A stretch of DNA of 64,000 nt from Alphaproteobacteria bacterium. Lineage in GTDB: Bacteria; Pseudomonadota; Alphaproteobacteria; SHVV01. Location: contig OZ253470.1 in assembly GCA_965261735.1 (NCBI GenBank), forward strand, positions 4,704,001-4,768,000, read 5' to 3'. Of the stretch, positions 10,355 through 19,814 are shown piece by piece; position 1 is the stretch's first letter, and each line of letters opens with the position of its first letter. Under the pieces are notes generated by a model. The model saw only the letters and a list, made by a program, of their open reading frames with translations, was not told the DNA's origin and did not search any database. The translations under genes and the position numbers were made by a program.

Positions 10355-11194
10355 TCAGCCCGCCTTGGTCCGGCGCGCGCGGCCCGAGCGTCCGGCGCGC
10401 CCGTGGTGCACGATCTCGGGGCCCATGAAGCCGAGGGCGGCGCCGCCGTCGATGGGAATCAACACGCCCGTCATCCAGGACGACTTCTCGGAGGCGAGGA
10501 ACGAGACCAGCTCCGAGACGTCGTCGGGCTCACCCGTCCGCCCCAGCGGATACCTTGAGTTGCGCTGCTTGAGGTCGGCCTCGTAGTCCTTGCGCGACAC
10601 GCCTTCCGGGAAATAGATCTCGCTGCGCACCAGGGCCGGGCTGATGATGTTGACGCGGACGCCGAAGGGGCCGAGCTCCAGTGCTAACGATTTCGAGAAG
10701 GCATCGATGCCGCCTTTTGAAGTCGCATAGACCATGTGCCCGAAGCCGGGGCGGTAGGACAGGCTCGACGAGATGTTGATGATCGAGCCTTTGGTCTTCT
10801 TCAGCGCCGGGATGCACGCGAGCGAGAAGTTCATCGTGCCGTAGAGGTTGATGCCCATCGTGTAGGCGATGGCTTCTTGCGTGACCTTGTCATAGGTCTG
10901 GCGGCGCACGACGCCGGCGTTGTTGACCAGCACGTCGATGCGGCCGAAGTCGGCGAGGACACTCTTGACCGTCTGCTTGACCTGCTTTAGGTCGGCGATG
11001 TCGCATACGTAGGGGTGGAGCTTCTCGCCGCGGCGCGGCTTGAGGCGGCCTGCGCGGCGGCCGATCACGGCGACCGTGAAGCCGTCGTCGACGAGCGTGT
11101 TGGCGGCGTCACGCCCGAGGCCGGTGCCACCGCCGGTGACGATCGCAACCCTCTTTGCGTTGGGGCGTCTCTTTGTTGTCGCCGTTCTCGCCAT
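10355..11194 (-). CDS. Short-chain dehydrogenase/reductase (SDR)
   Basis: True start ATG 11194 after GGAGGA RBS. TGGGTGLG, NNAG and YATSK motifs. Basic N- and C-terminal tails. Confidence 0.93.
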   Translation of the reverse strand: MARTATTKRRPNAKRVAIVTGGGTGLGRDAANTLVDDGFTVAVIGRRAGRLKPRRGEKLHPYVCDIADLKQVKQTVKSVLADFGRIDVLVNNAGVVRRQTYDKVTQEAIAYTMGINLYGTMNFSLACIPALKKTKGSIINISSSLSYRPGFGHMVYATSKGGIDAFSKSLALELGPFGVRVNIISPALVRSEIYFPEGVSRKDYEADLKQRNSRYPLGRTGEPDDVSELVSFLASEKSSWMTGVLIPIDGGAALGFMGPEIVHHGRAGRSGRARRTKAG

Positions 11195-11205
11195 GGTTCC
11201 TCCCC

Positions 11206-12191
11206 TTAGCTGTCGAGCGTTTCCATCATCGCCTGCGGATAGCGTGGTCCCGAGGCCGCGCCGGGCGGCAATGCCCGGTCGAGCTCGGCGAGCTCGTCGC
11301 CCGACAGGGTGAGGTCGAGGGCGGCCACGTTCTCTTCGAGATAGGCGCGCCGCTGCGTCCCCGGGATCGGAATCACGTGATCGTCGCAGTGCACGACCCA
11401 GGCGAGCGCGAGCTGCGCCGGCGTGCACCCTTGTTCCCGGCGATGTCGGCGATGGCGCGGACGAGTTCGAGGTTGCGGGTGAAATTCTCGCCTTGAAAGC
11501 GCGGATGGTTGTGGCGCCGGTCGCTCTCGGGGAGCGCGCCCACGTCCTTGACGCTGCCCGCCAGCATGCCGCGCCCGAGTGGGCTGTAGGCGACGAAGGC
11601 GACGCCGAGGGCGCGGCTCGCGGCGAGCGAACCCGACTGATTGTCGCGGCTCCACAGCGACAGCTCGCTCTGCAGGGCAGCGATCGGGCATACGGCCATC
11701 GCGCGTTCGAGCGTCGCTCCGGAGGCCTCGGAGAGGCCGACATAGCGGACCTTCCCGGCCTCGCGCAGCTTCGCCATGGCGCCCATGGAGTCCTCGATCG
11801 GGACGTTGGGATCGACCCGGTGCAGGTAGTAAAGGTCGATGGTCTCAACGCCGAGGCGTTTGAGACTGGCGTCGCACGCTTGGAGGATGTAATCGGGGCG
11901 GCCGTCGAGGGACAGGCCTTGGGCGCCGAACTTGTTGCCGCATTTGGTGGCGAGGAAGACGCCCTCGCGCCGGCCCCGGATGGCGCGGCCAACGAATTCC
12001 TCGTTCTCGCCATTGCCGTAGACATCGGCAGTGTCGAGAAAGGTGACGCCAAGCTCCAGCGCGCGCTCGATAGTGGCGCGGGCCTCGCCGTCGTCGCGCA
12101 CGCCGTACCAGCCGGCCATGCCCATGCAGCCGAGGCCGAGCGCGGAGACGAGCGGGCCGCCGCGGCCGAGCTCGCGTGTCTTCATATCCAC
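11206..12191 (-). pseudogene. Aldo/keto reductase split by a one-base frameshift (pseudogene or sequencing indel)
   Basis: N-terminal part in ORF 11373..12191 ([28 protein letters not shown]). C-terminal part ([19 protein letters not shown]) in the other frame, ending at 11206. The shift lies at about 11428-11442. Confidence 0.85.
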
Positions 12192-12210
12192 GGTTCCTCG
12201 CTTGCTCGGG

Positions 12211-13197
12211 CTAAAGGTTGAGGCGGCCCATCATCGCCTCGGGGTAGCGCTCGCCGGCGGGCGCGCTCGGCGGCACTGCCGTATCGAGGCGGGCGAGCTC
12301 AGCCTCGGTGAGGACGATGTCGGCTGCAGCGAGATTTTCCTCGAGGTAAGTGCGCCGCTGCGTCCCCGGTATGGGCACGATGTCCTCGCCCTTGTTCAAT
12401 ACCCAGGCGAGCGCGATCTGGGCTGGCGTCACGTTGCGCTCGGCGGCGAGCGCCGCCACCTCGCCGAGCAGATCGAGGTTGCGCTCCATGTTGCCTTCCT
12501 GGAAGCGCGGGAAGCGCCGGCGTACGTCGCCCGCCGCGAGGTCGTCGATCTTGTGGATGACACCGGACAGGAGGCCCCGGCCGAGCGGGCTGTAGGCCAC
12601 GAAACCGATGCCGAGCTCGCGGCACACATCCAGGTGCCCTATTTCGGGCTCTCTGGCGAGTAATGAGTACTCGGTCTGCAGCGCGGTGATCGGATGCACG
12701 CCGTGGGCGCGGCGGATGGTCTCGGGCGCCGCCTCGGAGAGGCCGATGTGTCGCACCTTGCCCGCCTCCACGAGCCGCGCCATGGCCCCGACCGTATCCT
12801 CGATCGGGCAATTGGAGTCGACGCGGTGGAGATAGTAGAGGTCGATGACGTCGGTGCCGAGGCGGCTCAGGCTGCCCTCGCACGCCTTCGCCGCGTAGGC
12901 GGGGCTGCCATCGACGTCGACCGAGGCACCGGAGTCGTTCCACACGTGCCCGAACTTGGTCGCCAGGAACACCCGATCGCGGCGCCCGCGCAGCGCCTCG
13001 CCGACGAAACGCTCGTTGTCGCCGGCGCCATAGACGTCGGCCGTATCGAGGAAGTCGACGCCGAGCTCGAAGGCGCGTTCGAGCGTGGCACGAGCCTCGC
13101 CGTCGTCGCGCACCCCGTACCATCCGGCCATGCCCATGCAGCCGAGGCCCAGGGCCGAGACCTCGGGGCCGTCGCGCCCGAGCTTGCGTCTTTGCAT
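12211..13197 (-). CDS. Aldo/keto reductase
   Basis: Start ATG 13197 ([23 protein letters not shown]). DTADVYG, LYYLHR, SPLGRG and PIPGT motifs. Intact. Confidence 0.95.
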   Translation of the reverse strand: MQRRKLGRDGPEVSALGLGCMGMAGWYGVRDDGEARATLERAFELGVDFLDTADVYGAGDNERFVGEALRGRRDRVFLATKFGHVWNDSGASVDVDGSPAYAAKACEGSLSRLGTDVIDLYYLHRVDSNCPIEDTVGAMARLVEAGKVRHIGLSEAAPETIRRAHGVHPITALQTEYSLLAREPEIGHLDVCRELGIGFVAYSPLGRGLLSGVIHKIDDLAAGDVRRRFPRFQEGNMERNLDLLGEVAALAAERNVTPAQIALAWVLNKGEDIVPIPGTQRRTYLEENLAAADIVLTEAELARLDTAVPPSAPAGERYPEAMMGRLNL

Positions 13198-13264
13198 GAT
13201 CCCCCCCTTTCGTTGGCGGCTGAGTGTGCCCGCTCGCCGCCACCGGCGCAAGCCGCCGGGCGCA

Positions 13265-13293
13265 TTGCACGCCTCCCAGGTTTGTTTTATAAC
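13265..13293 (+). promoter_or_regulatory. Candidate sigma70 promoter
   Basis: TTGCAC-N17-TATAAC upstream of the 13378 hydrolase. Confidence 0.55.
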
Positions 13294-13377
13294 CGCGTGA
13301 GGGCGGCTCGATAATGCGCGATTTTTCAATGCGTTATGAGACTCGCGCCGCCACGAAACACAGAGCCGGAGAGCACC

Positions 13378-14262
13378 ATGTCGTTCGATGATATGCCGGA
13401 CCGCGGCAAGCTGATGTTGCCCGGCGCGCAGGAGTATGCGGAGCGCGCGCTCGATGTCTCCAAGAAGGTGGCGGCCTCGACCCGCAACCTGATCGATGTC
13501 GCCTATGGCGAGGACTACTGGCAGAAGATCGACATCTTCCTGCCCGACGATGAGAGCGTGCGCGACGTACCGGTGCTCCTCTTCATGCACGGCGGCGCCT
13601 GGCGCCACGGCTTCAAGGAGTGGATGGGCTTCATGGCGCCGCAGTTCATCGATCTGCCGGCGATCTTCGTTTCCGTCGGCTATCGCCTGGCGCCCGAGGC
13701 CAAGTACCCCAAGCCGCTGGAGGACTGCTTCGCGGCGCTCGAATGGGTGTACCGGAACATCATGGCCCACGGCGGCGACAAGCGGCGCATCTTCATCGGC
13801 GGCCATTCCGCGGGCGCGCATTTGGCGGCCCTGGTGGCGCTGCGCAAGGACCTCGCGCTCGCGCGGCTCATGCCCAAGGACGTGATCAAGGGATGCTTCC
13901 CCGTGAGCGGGGCCCTCAACCTGCACCTCGATGAGGTCGAGCCGGGCGGGCGCCGCGAGATGGTCATCAACCTGCTGCTGGAGAGCCCCGAGCAGGACCG
14001 CGAGGCGAGCGCCATCGACCATGTGGACGGCAACACCACGCCCTTCTTTCTCACCTGGGGTTCGCAGGACTTACCCGAACTCATCGAGCACAATCGGCAG
14101 ATGGTGCCGCTGATGAAGGCCCAGCCCTGCGTGTTCGAACACTACGAGTTCGAGGGGGCGAACCACTTCGACACCAATGAAGCGGCCTACGACCGCGACT
14201 CTCTCTGGGTTCGCAAGGTGCGCGACTGGATGGTCAACACGCCGTCCCTGGTCACCGCCTGA
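13378..14262 (+). CDS. Alpha/beta hydrolase, arylformamidase/kynurenine-formamidase-like (HSL-type)
   Basis: DVAYG, HGGAW, GYRLAPE and GHSAGAHL motifs, plus a C-terminal NHF. GGAGAG RBS before ATG 13378. Confidence 0.85.
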   Translation: MSFDDMPDRGKLMLPGAQEYAERALDVSKKVAASTRNLIDVAYGEDYWQKIDIFLPDDESVRDVPVLLFMHGGAWRHGFKEWMGFMAPQFIDLPAIFVSVGYRLAPEAKYPKPLEDCFAALEWVYRNIMAHGGDKRRIFIGGHSAGAHLAALVALRKDLALARLMPKDVIKGCFPVSGALNLHLDEVEPGGRREMVINLLLESPEQDREASAIDHVDGNTTPFFLTWGSQDLPELIEHNRQMVPLMKAQPCVFEHYEFEGANHFDTNEAAYDRDSLWVRKVRDWMVNTPSLVTA

Positions 14263-14288
14263 GCGCAGGCCGCCGTGCGTAGCGCACG

Positions 14289-14317
14289 TTGACACCCCAA
14301 GGGGTGGCCACTAACTT
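14289..14317 (+). promoter_or_regulatory. Candidate sigma70 promoter with overlapping palindrome
   Basis: TTGACA-N17-TAACTT. Inverted repeat CACCCC-AA-GGGGTG at 14293-14306. Confidence 0.55.
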
Positions 14318-14351
14318 CGCGCCAAATCCGTAAACCCGGGCAGGGGAGGGG

Positions 14352-15164
14352 ATGGCGCTTAGCGAGCACGATCTCGACTTCGAGGGCATCAAGGTCCATT
14401 GCTGGGAGGGCGGCACCGGCTTTCCCATCGTCATGCTGCACGGCTCCGGGCCCGGCGCCTCGACGCTCGGCAACTGGCGTCACGTCATGGACCCGCTGGC
14501 CGAGCGCTACCACGTGCTCGCCGCCGACCTCGTCGGCTTCGGCCTGTCGGGCCGCAAGCCTGCCGAGCCTTACTTCGATCTCGATCTATGGGTGCGCCAG
14601 GGCCAGTTCCTGATCGACCGGTTTCCCGATCAACCCGTCGGCCTCGTCGCCCACTCGCTGTCGGCCTACTTCGCGTTTCGCCTCGCGCTCGCGAATGTGC
14701 GCGTCACCAAGTTGTTGTTGACCGGCGCGGTCGGCCGGCCCTTCCGCATGGGCGCGGTCGGCGAGGCCGTGTGGACCTTCCCCGAGACGCGCGAGCAGCT
14801 GCGGGCGACGATGGAAGCCATCATCGCCGACCACTCGATGATCACCGAGGACTTCCTCGACAACCGCATGGCCGTTCTCAGCGACGCGCCCTACCGTGAG
14901 TACTTCTCCAAGATGTTTGCCGGCGACAAGCAGAAGTTCCTCGACGCGACGGTCATCCCCGAAGAGGAACTGGCGCAGCTCAAATGCGAGGTCACGCTGG
15001 TTCACGGCAAGGAGGATCAGGCGACGCCGTTCGAGGAGACCGCCGTGGCGCTATGCCGGGCGATTCGACAGGCGAACCTGTATGCGATCGCGCGCTGCGG
15101 GCACGGGCCCGCGCTCGAGCAGCCGGATCGATTCATGAGCGCCGCGAAGTTCTTGTTTGGCTGA
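14352..15164 (+). CDS. Alpha/beta hydrolase, meta-cleavage-product hydrolase-like (MhpC/BphD-like)
   Basis: HGSGPGAS..GNW and DLVGFGLS motifs. Nucleophile elbow AHSLS, acid HGKED, catalytic CGH. Confidence 0.85.
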   Translation: MALSEHDLDFEGIKVHCWEGGTGFPIVMLHGSGPGASTLGNWRHVMDPLAERYHVLAADLVGFGLSGRKPAEPYFDLDLWVRQGQFLIDRFPDQPVGLVAHSLSAYFAFRLALANVRVTKLLLTGAVGRPFRMGAVGEAVWTFPETREQLRATMEAIIADHSMITEDFLDNRMAVLSDAPYREYFSKMFAGDKQKFLDATVIPEEELAQLKCEVTLVHGKEDQATPFEETAVALCRAIRQANLYAIARCGHGPALEQPDRFMSAAKFLFG

Positions 15165-15216
15165 GCGCGTTTAGCGCCGGCCACGGAAACGGCGACGCGA
15201 CAACAGGGGGGACCCG

Positions 15217-16032
15217 ATGGCGATTAAGGAATACGACGTCAAGTTCGAGGGCATGAAGGTGCATTGCTACGAGGGCGGCAAGGGCTACCCCATATTGCTT
15301 ATGCACGGCTCGGGCCCCGGCGCCTCGTCGGTCGGCAACTGGGCCAAGGTCCTGGGCCCGCTGGCGCGCCGCTATCACGTGCTGGCGCTCGACCTGATCG
15401 GGTTCGGGATGTCGGGGCGCAAGCCGAGGGAGCCCTATTTCGATAATGAGCTATGGACCCGCCAGGGCCAGTTCATGCTCAACCGGCTCGCCAAGAAGGG
15501 CCCCGTGGGGCTCATCGGCCACTCGTTGTCGGGCTACCTCGTGCTGCGCCTGGCCGCGAACAACGCGCGCGTCGACAAGGTCTTGGTGACCGGCTCGCTC
15601 GGGGCGAAATCGAAGCTCAACGGCGTCCTGCGCCGGGGCTGGACCTTCCCCGAGTCCGAAAAGGCGTTCCTCAACTTCTACCGCTCCGCCGTCGCCGATC
15701 CCTCCGTCATCACCAAGGAGTTCGTCAAGAACCGCATGGAGGTTCTGAACCAGGGCGACTACGGCGCCTACTTCACCAAGATGTTCAAGGGTGAGAAGCA
15801 GCGCTACCTGGACAAGTCGGTGCTGACCAAGGCCGAGCTCAAGCGGATCAAGTGCGAGGTCCTGATCCTGCATGGAGCGCAGGACCGGGCGGTGCCGTTC
15901 AAGCAGGCCGCGGTGCCGCTGGCCGACGCCATCCCGCAGGCCGATCTCATCCGCCTCGCCGCCTGCGGCCACGGGCCGGCGCTCGATCAATCGGGCAAGT
16001 TCGTCGACGTGGCGCGCGGGCTCTTCGGCTAA
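15217..16032 (+). CDS. Alpha/beta hydrolase, tandem paralog of 14352-15164
   Basis: HGSGPGAS..GNW, GHSLS, HGAQD and CGHGPAL motifs. Collinear with the upstream gene over its whole length. Confidence 0.85.
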   Translation: MAIKEYDVKFEGMKVHCYEGGKGYPILLMHGSGPGASSVGNWAKVLGPLARRYHVLALDLIGFGMSGRKPREPYFDNELWTRQGQFMLNRLAKKGPVGLIGHSLSGYLVLRLAANNARVDKVLVTGSLGAKSKLNGVLRRGWTFPESEKAFLNFYRSAVADPSVITKEFVKNRMEVLNQGDYGAYFTKMFKGEKQRYLDKSVLTKAELKRIKCEVLILHGAQDRAVPFKQAAVPLADAIPQADLIRLAACGHGPALDQSGKFVDVARGLFG

Positions 16033-16180
16033 CGATTCTCATGTGCCGGAGCCGTTGCGCGTCGATTTTGACTGATGCCGACGATAGCCAGGGGTGCTAG
16101 TATCGACGCAAGAACACGGGGTCGGTAGCCCCGGAAAAGCAGAAGCGCGTCGCTCGGTGGTGGCGCAATGGAGGAAGCCG

Positions 16181-17554
16181 ATGAGAAAGCACATTCGATG
16201 CGGCAAGCTGTTCACCGGGTCGGGCGACGACGCCAAGACCGATCAGACCATCGTCATCGAGGATGGCGCGATCGCCTACGTCGGCGACACGGCGCGTGCC
16301 CCCAAGCCCAACGGCGATGAGGTTGTCGACCACTCGCAGTGGTTCGTCATGCCGGGCATGATCGACGTCCACACGCACTTGGCCTACGGCAACGCCAAGA
16401 GCGAGGAAGACATCGACATTTATGCGCCGGTCGAGTTTCGCGCGCTGCGCGGCATGTTCATGGCCCACCGCGTGCTGCTGGCGGGCGTGACGTCGATCTG
16501 CAATCCGGGCGACGCGGCACGCGTCACCCTTTCCATTCGCGACGCCATCAACGCCGGGCTCTTCGAAGGCCCCCGCATCACCACCGCCGGCCCTTACATT
16601 ACGAGCCGTCAGGGCCTGACCGACTGGTACCCGACCTGGATCGGCCAGCCGGAGACCTCGATCGGCCACGTCGTCAAGAGCCCCGAGGAGGCGATCGAGG
16701 AAATCCGCGTTCAGGTCAAGGACGGCGTCGACGTCATCAAGTTCGCGATGGACGGCGATACTGCCCTTCAGCCCAATGGCGTGTCGGCCTATACGGGCCT
16801 GCTCGCCTCCTTCAACCAGGAGGAGCTCGACCGCTACGTTACCGAGGCGCACCGTCTCGGCAAGAAGGTGATCACGCACGCGCGCGGCAAGGAGGCGACG
16901 CTCTATTCGGCGAGGTCCGGCGTGGACCTCATCTTCCACGCGTCCTTCATGGACGATGAATGCCTCGACGAGATTCTCAAGAACAACTGCGCGATCTGCC
17001 CGACGCTCACGCTCCTCGTCAACAATTACGAGTTCTCCCAGCCCACGGATGCGGCGGGCAAGGGTTGGTACGAGGCGTCCAAGGCGGAGGCCGAAGCGGC
17101 GTTCGTCAACTTGTCGAAGGCGCACAAGGCGGGCGTGCCCATGCTCGCCGGCACCGATACCGGCTTCGCCATCACGCCATACGGCGAGTGGCATGCCAAG
17201 GAGCTCGACCTCTTCGTCCGCTTCCTCGGCATGACGCCGGCGGAGGCCCTGCGCTCGGCGACCTCTCTCAACGCCTCGATCCTGACCGACGGCGAGCGCC
17301 TGGGCGCCATCGAGGTCGGCCGCCACGCCGACATTCTGGTGCTGGATGGCAATCCACTCGAGGACGTGACCCATCTGATGGACCGGTCACGGTTCAAGGA
17401 CATCATGTTGGGTGGTGAGACCGTGACGGTGACGACGCACGATATCGACACCACCAAGGTCAGCGAGTTCTCGTACAACATGTGGAACGACATGTACACG
17501 CAGGCGCGGGTTGCGGAGCTGTCGAACTCGATTCGTACGATCGCTGTCTCCTGA
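16181..17554 (+). CDS. Metal-dependent amidohydrolase (Amidohydro_1; HutI/prolidase-like)
   Basis: MPGMIDVHTH, VIKF, ITHARG, IFHAS, AGTD and G.IEVG..ADILVLDGNPLED motifs. GGAGG RBS before ATG 16181. Confidence 0.9.
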   Translation: MRKHIRCGKLFTGSGDDAKTDQTIVIEDGAIAYVGDTARAPKPNGDEVVDHSQWFVMPGMIDVHTHLAYGNAKSEEDIDIYAPVEFRALRGMFMAHRVLLAGVTSICNPGDAARVTLSIRDAINAGLFEGPRITTAGPYITSRQGLTDWYPTWIGQPETSIGHVVKSPEEAIEEIRVQVKDGVDVIKFAMDGDTALQPNGVSAYTGLLASFNQEELDRYVTEAHRLGKKVITHARGKEATLYSARSGVDLIFHASFMDDECLDEILKNNCAICPTLTLLVNNYEFSQPTDAAGKGWYEASKAEAEAAFVNLSKAHKAGVPMLAGTDTGFAITPYGEWHAKELDLFVRFLGMTPAEALRSATSLNASILTDGERLGAIEVGRHADILVLDGNPLEDVTHLMDRSRFKDIMLGGETVTVTTHDIDTTKVSEFSYNMWNDMYTQARVAELSNSIRTIAVS

Positions 17555-17658
17555 CGTAAGGCGCCTGCAGGCCAACGGAGGGGCGCGAGCCCGGACCTGA
17601 ATCCGGGGCTCGCGCCGCCTCTGCATCAACCTCGACCACCTGAGCCCGAAAGCCGTAC

Positions 17659-18447
17659 ATGGCCGATCTCTTTTCGCTGAAAGATAAAGTCGTGCTCATG
17701 ACCGGCGGCTCGCGCGGGCTCGGTTTTGCCATGGCGCGTGGGATGGCCGAGCACGGCGCCCACGTCGTCCTCAATGGCCGCCAGCGCCAGACGGTCGAGG
17801 CCAAGGCGAACGAGCTTTCGGCTACCGGCCTGGCAGCGTCGGCGCTGGCCTTCGACGTCGCCGACTCGGAGGCGTGCGTGGCCGGGGTCAAGAGCGTGAT
17901 CGACCAGCACGGCCGCCTCGACGTGCTCGTCAACAACGCGGGGACTGCCGAGTACTCGGCCGTGACGGAGTATCCGACCGACATGTGGCAGCGCCTGATG
18001 GACATCCACCTGACGGCGAGTTTCGTGCTGGCACGCGAGAGCGGGCGCCAGATGGTGGCCCAGGGAAGGGGCACCATCATCAATATCTCTTCGGTTGCCG
18101 GACCTGCGATCGCGCTGCCGACCATGCCGGCCTACGCCGCGGCCAAGGCCGGCCTGACCGGCCTCACGCGGGCGCTCGCGGTCGAACTCGGGCCCCAGGG
18201 CGTGACCTGCAACTGCATCGCACCCGGTTATTTTCACACCGAGTTGGGCGGCGCCTTGACGGAGGGCGAGCCGCCGCCCGAGCCGGTACGGCCGTTCTAC
18301 GACAAGGTGAGCGAGCACACGCCGCTCGGGCGTTGGGGCGACCCCAGCGAGATCGCCGGAATCGCGGTGTTCCTCGCCTCGGACGCGGCCTCCTACGTGA
18401 ACGGTAGCATCCTCACGATCGACGGCGGAATGTCCGTACTCCAATAA
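17659..18447 (+). CDS. SDR, gluconate-5-dehydrogenase-like subfamily
   Basis: LFSLKDKVVLMTGGSRGLG, NNAG, YAAAK, IAPGYFHTE and TPLGRWG motifs. Confidence 0.92.
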   Translation: MADLFSLKDKVVLMTGGSRGLGFAMARGMAEHGAHVVLNGRQRQTVEAKANELSATGLAASALAFDVADSEACVAGVKSVIDQHGRLDVLVNNAGTAEYSAVTEYPTDMWQRLMDIHLTASFVLARESGRQMVAQGRGTIINISSVAGPAIALPTMPAYAAAKAGLTGLTRALAVELGPQGVTCNCIAPGYFHTELGGALTEGEPPPEPVRPFYDKVSEHTPLGRWGDPSEIAGIAVFLASDAASYVNGSILTIDGGMSVLQ

Positions 18448-18543
18448 CGAAGCGCTTGATCGCGTGCCGGCGCGAGGCGATGTAGATTGACTGAAGCAAA
18501 CATGGAAGGCCCGATGTTCGGGCATAACGACAGGGAGGTTTGA

Positions 18544-19602
18544 GTGATGATTAGGTTTTTCCAAATGGCGGCGGCGGCGGTGATCGCTTTGTCGATGACC
18601 GTGGGATTGGCCCCCGGCGGCGCCGGCGCGGCGGAGATGGATCGCCTGCGCGGCGTGGTCGAGCCCGTGAAGGCGAAAAAGCCCTACCGCGTGGGCGTGG
18701 CGCTCGTGCACTTTATCGACGACTACTGGAAGGGCGTCGCCTACGGCATCCTCGACGAGGCCAAGGAGGCCGGCGTCGAGATCGTCCGCGTGCTTGGCGC
18801 TGGCGGCTACGGCAAACTGCCCGAGCAGATCGCCAACCTTGAGCAGCTCGCCTCTCTCAATGTCGATGCCATCATCCACGGACCGGTGAGCTACGACGGT
18901 TTCGACAAGACCATCGAGCGCATCACGCAGAAGGGCATCAAGGTCATCATGGCCGACATTCCCATCAACAGTAAGCACCCGGCGATCCTCGTCGGTCAGG
19001 ACCAGTGGGCGATCGGCGCGGCGATGGCAAAGTACGTCTGTGCCGAAGGGCCGGGCGCCAAGGTGGCGACGATTCCGGGGCCGGCGGGCGCCGAGTGGAA
19101 CCGCATCCGCTTCGAGGGCTTCAAGGCGGGGGCTAAGGAGTGCGGCCTGGAGTTGCTCGGCAACACCTACCAGAAGGCGACGGCGCTAGAGGATGGCCAT
19201 TCGCAGGCTTCGGACCTGGTCATCAAATATCCCGAGGCGGAGTTCCTCTACACCGCGGCTGGCCATCTCGGCACTGGTGCGGCGATGGCCGTGAAGCAGC
19301 TCAATCGCAAGGTTCGGATCGTCGGTTCGGGTATCGTCGAGCGCGTGCCGGAGCTGATCAAGTCGGGTGACATCGATATGTACGTCTCGGAGCCGGCCAT
19401 TCTGATCGGGCGCCTCGAGCTGCAATACGCGGTACGCCTCCTCAATGGTGATCCGCTGCCGGGGATTGGAGAGACCGAGGGCATCCAGTATCCGCGGTTC
19501 TTCATTCCACCCTTCTCGGTGACCGCGGAGACGCTCAAGACGTACGATCTGAGCAAGTACGACATGCCGCCCAAGGGCTGGCAGCCGCCGGCGTCACAGT
19601 AG
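18544..19602 (+). CDS. Periplasmic binding protein, type 1 (TorT/RbsB-like)
   Basis: Signal peptide. DDYWKGVAYG, AGGYGKL..QI, DAII.GPVSYDG and PGPAGAEW resemble TorT-family motifs (recalled, not searched). Confidence 0.8.
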   Translation: MMIRFFQMAAAAVIALSMTVGLAPGGAGAAEMDRLRGVVEPVKAKKPYRVGVALVHFIDDYWKGVAYGILDEAKEAGVEIVRVLGAGGYGKLPEQIANLEQLASLNVDAIIHGPVSYDGFDKTIERITQKGIKVIMADIPINSKHPAILVGQDQWAIGAAMAKYVCAEGPGAKVATIPGPAGAEWNRIRFEGFKAGAKECGLELLGNTYQKATALEDGHSQASDLVIKYPEAEFLYTAAGHLGTGAAMAVKQLNRKVRIVGSGIVERVPELIKSGDIDMYVSEPAILIGRLELQYAVRLLNGDPLPGIGETEGIQYPRFFIPPFSVTAETLKTYDLSKYDMPPKGWQPPASQ

Positions 19603-19617
19603 CGTAAGCGGCCTTTT

Positions 19618-19659
19618 TGCCCCGGTCGCACCGCCAGCACTGGCGGTGCGACCGGGGCA
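19618..19659. repeat. Perfect 20-bp inverted repeat (stem-loop) after the SBP gene
   Basis: TGCCCCGGTCGCACCGCCAG-CA-CTGGCGGTGCGACCGGGGCA. Confidence 0.9.
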
Positions 19660-19814
19660 CGCCGGGTGGCTCCGGGCCTCTGGGCCGCGCCCTCGCCGTG
19701 GCTTCGCGCTGGGACACGGTGCGGTTGCCGGTTCGGCGGACCGCGCTCTATACTCGCCGCCGCCCGCTCGCCGCGGGCGGATCGCAGGGGCACGAGGGAG
19801 AGGGAGAACACGTC

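Noticed and set aside
10355-12052. 565-aa ORF suggesting an N-terminally extended SDR or AKR-SDR fusion
   Set aside because: The upstream part is an off-frame reading of the AKR gene. The SDR has its own RBS and ATG at 11194.
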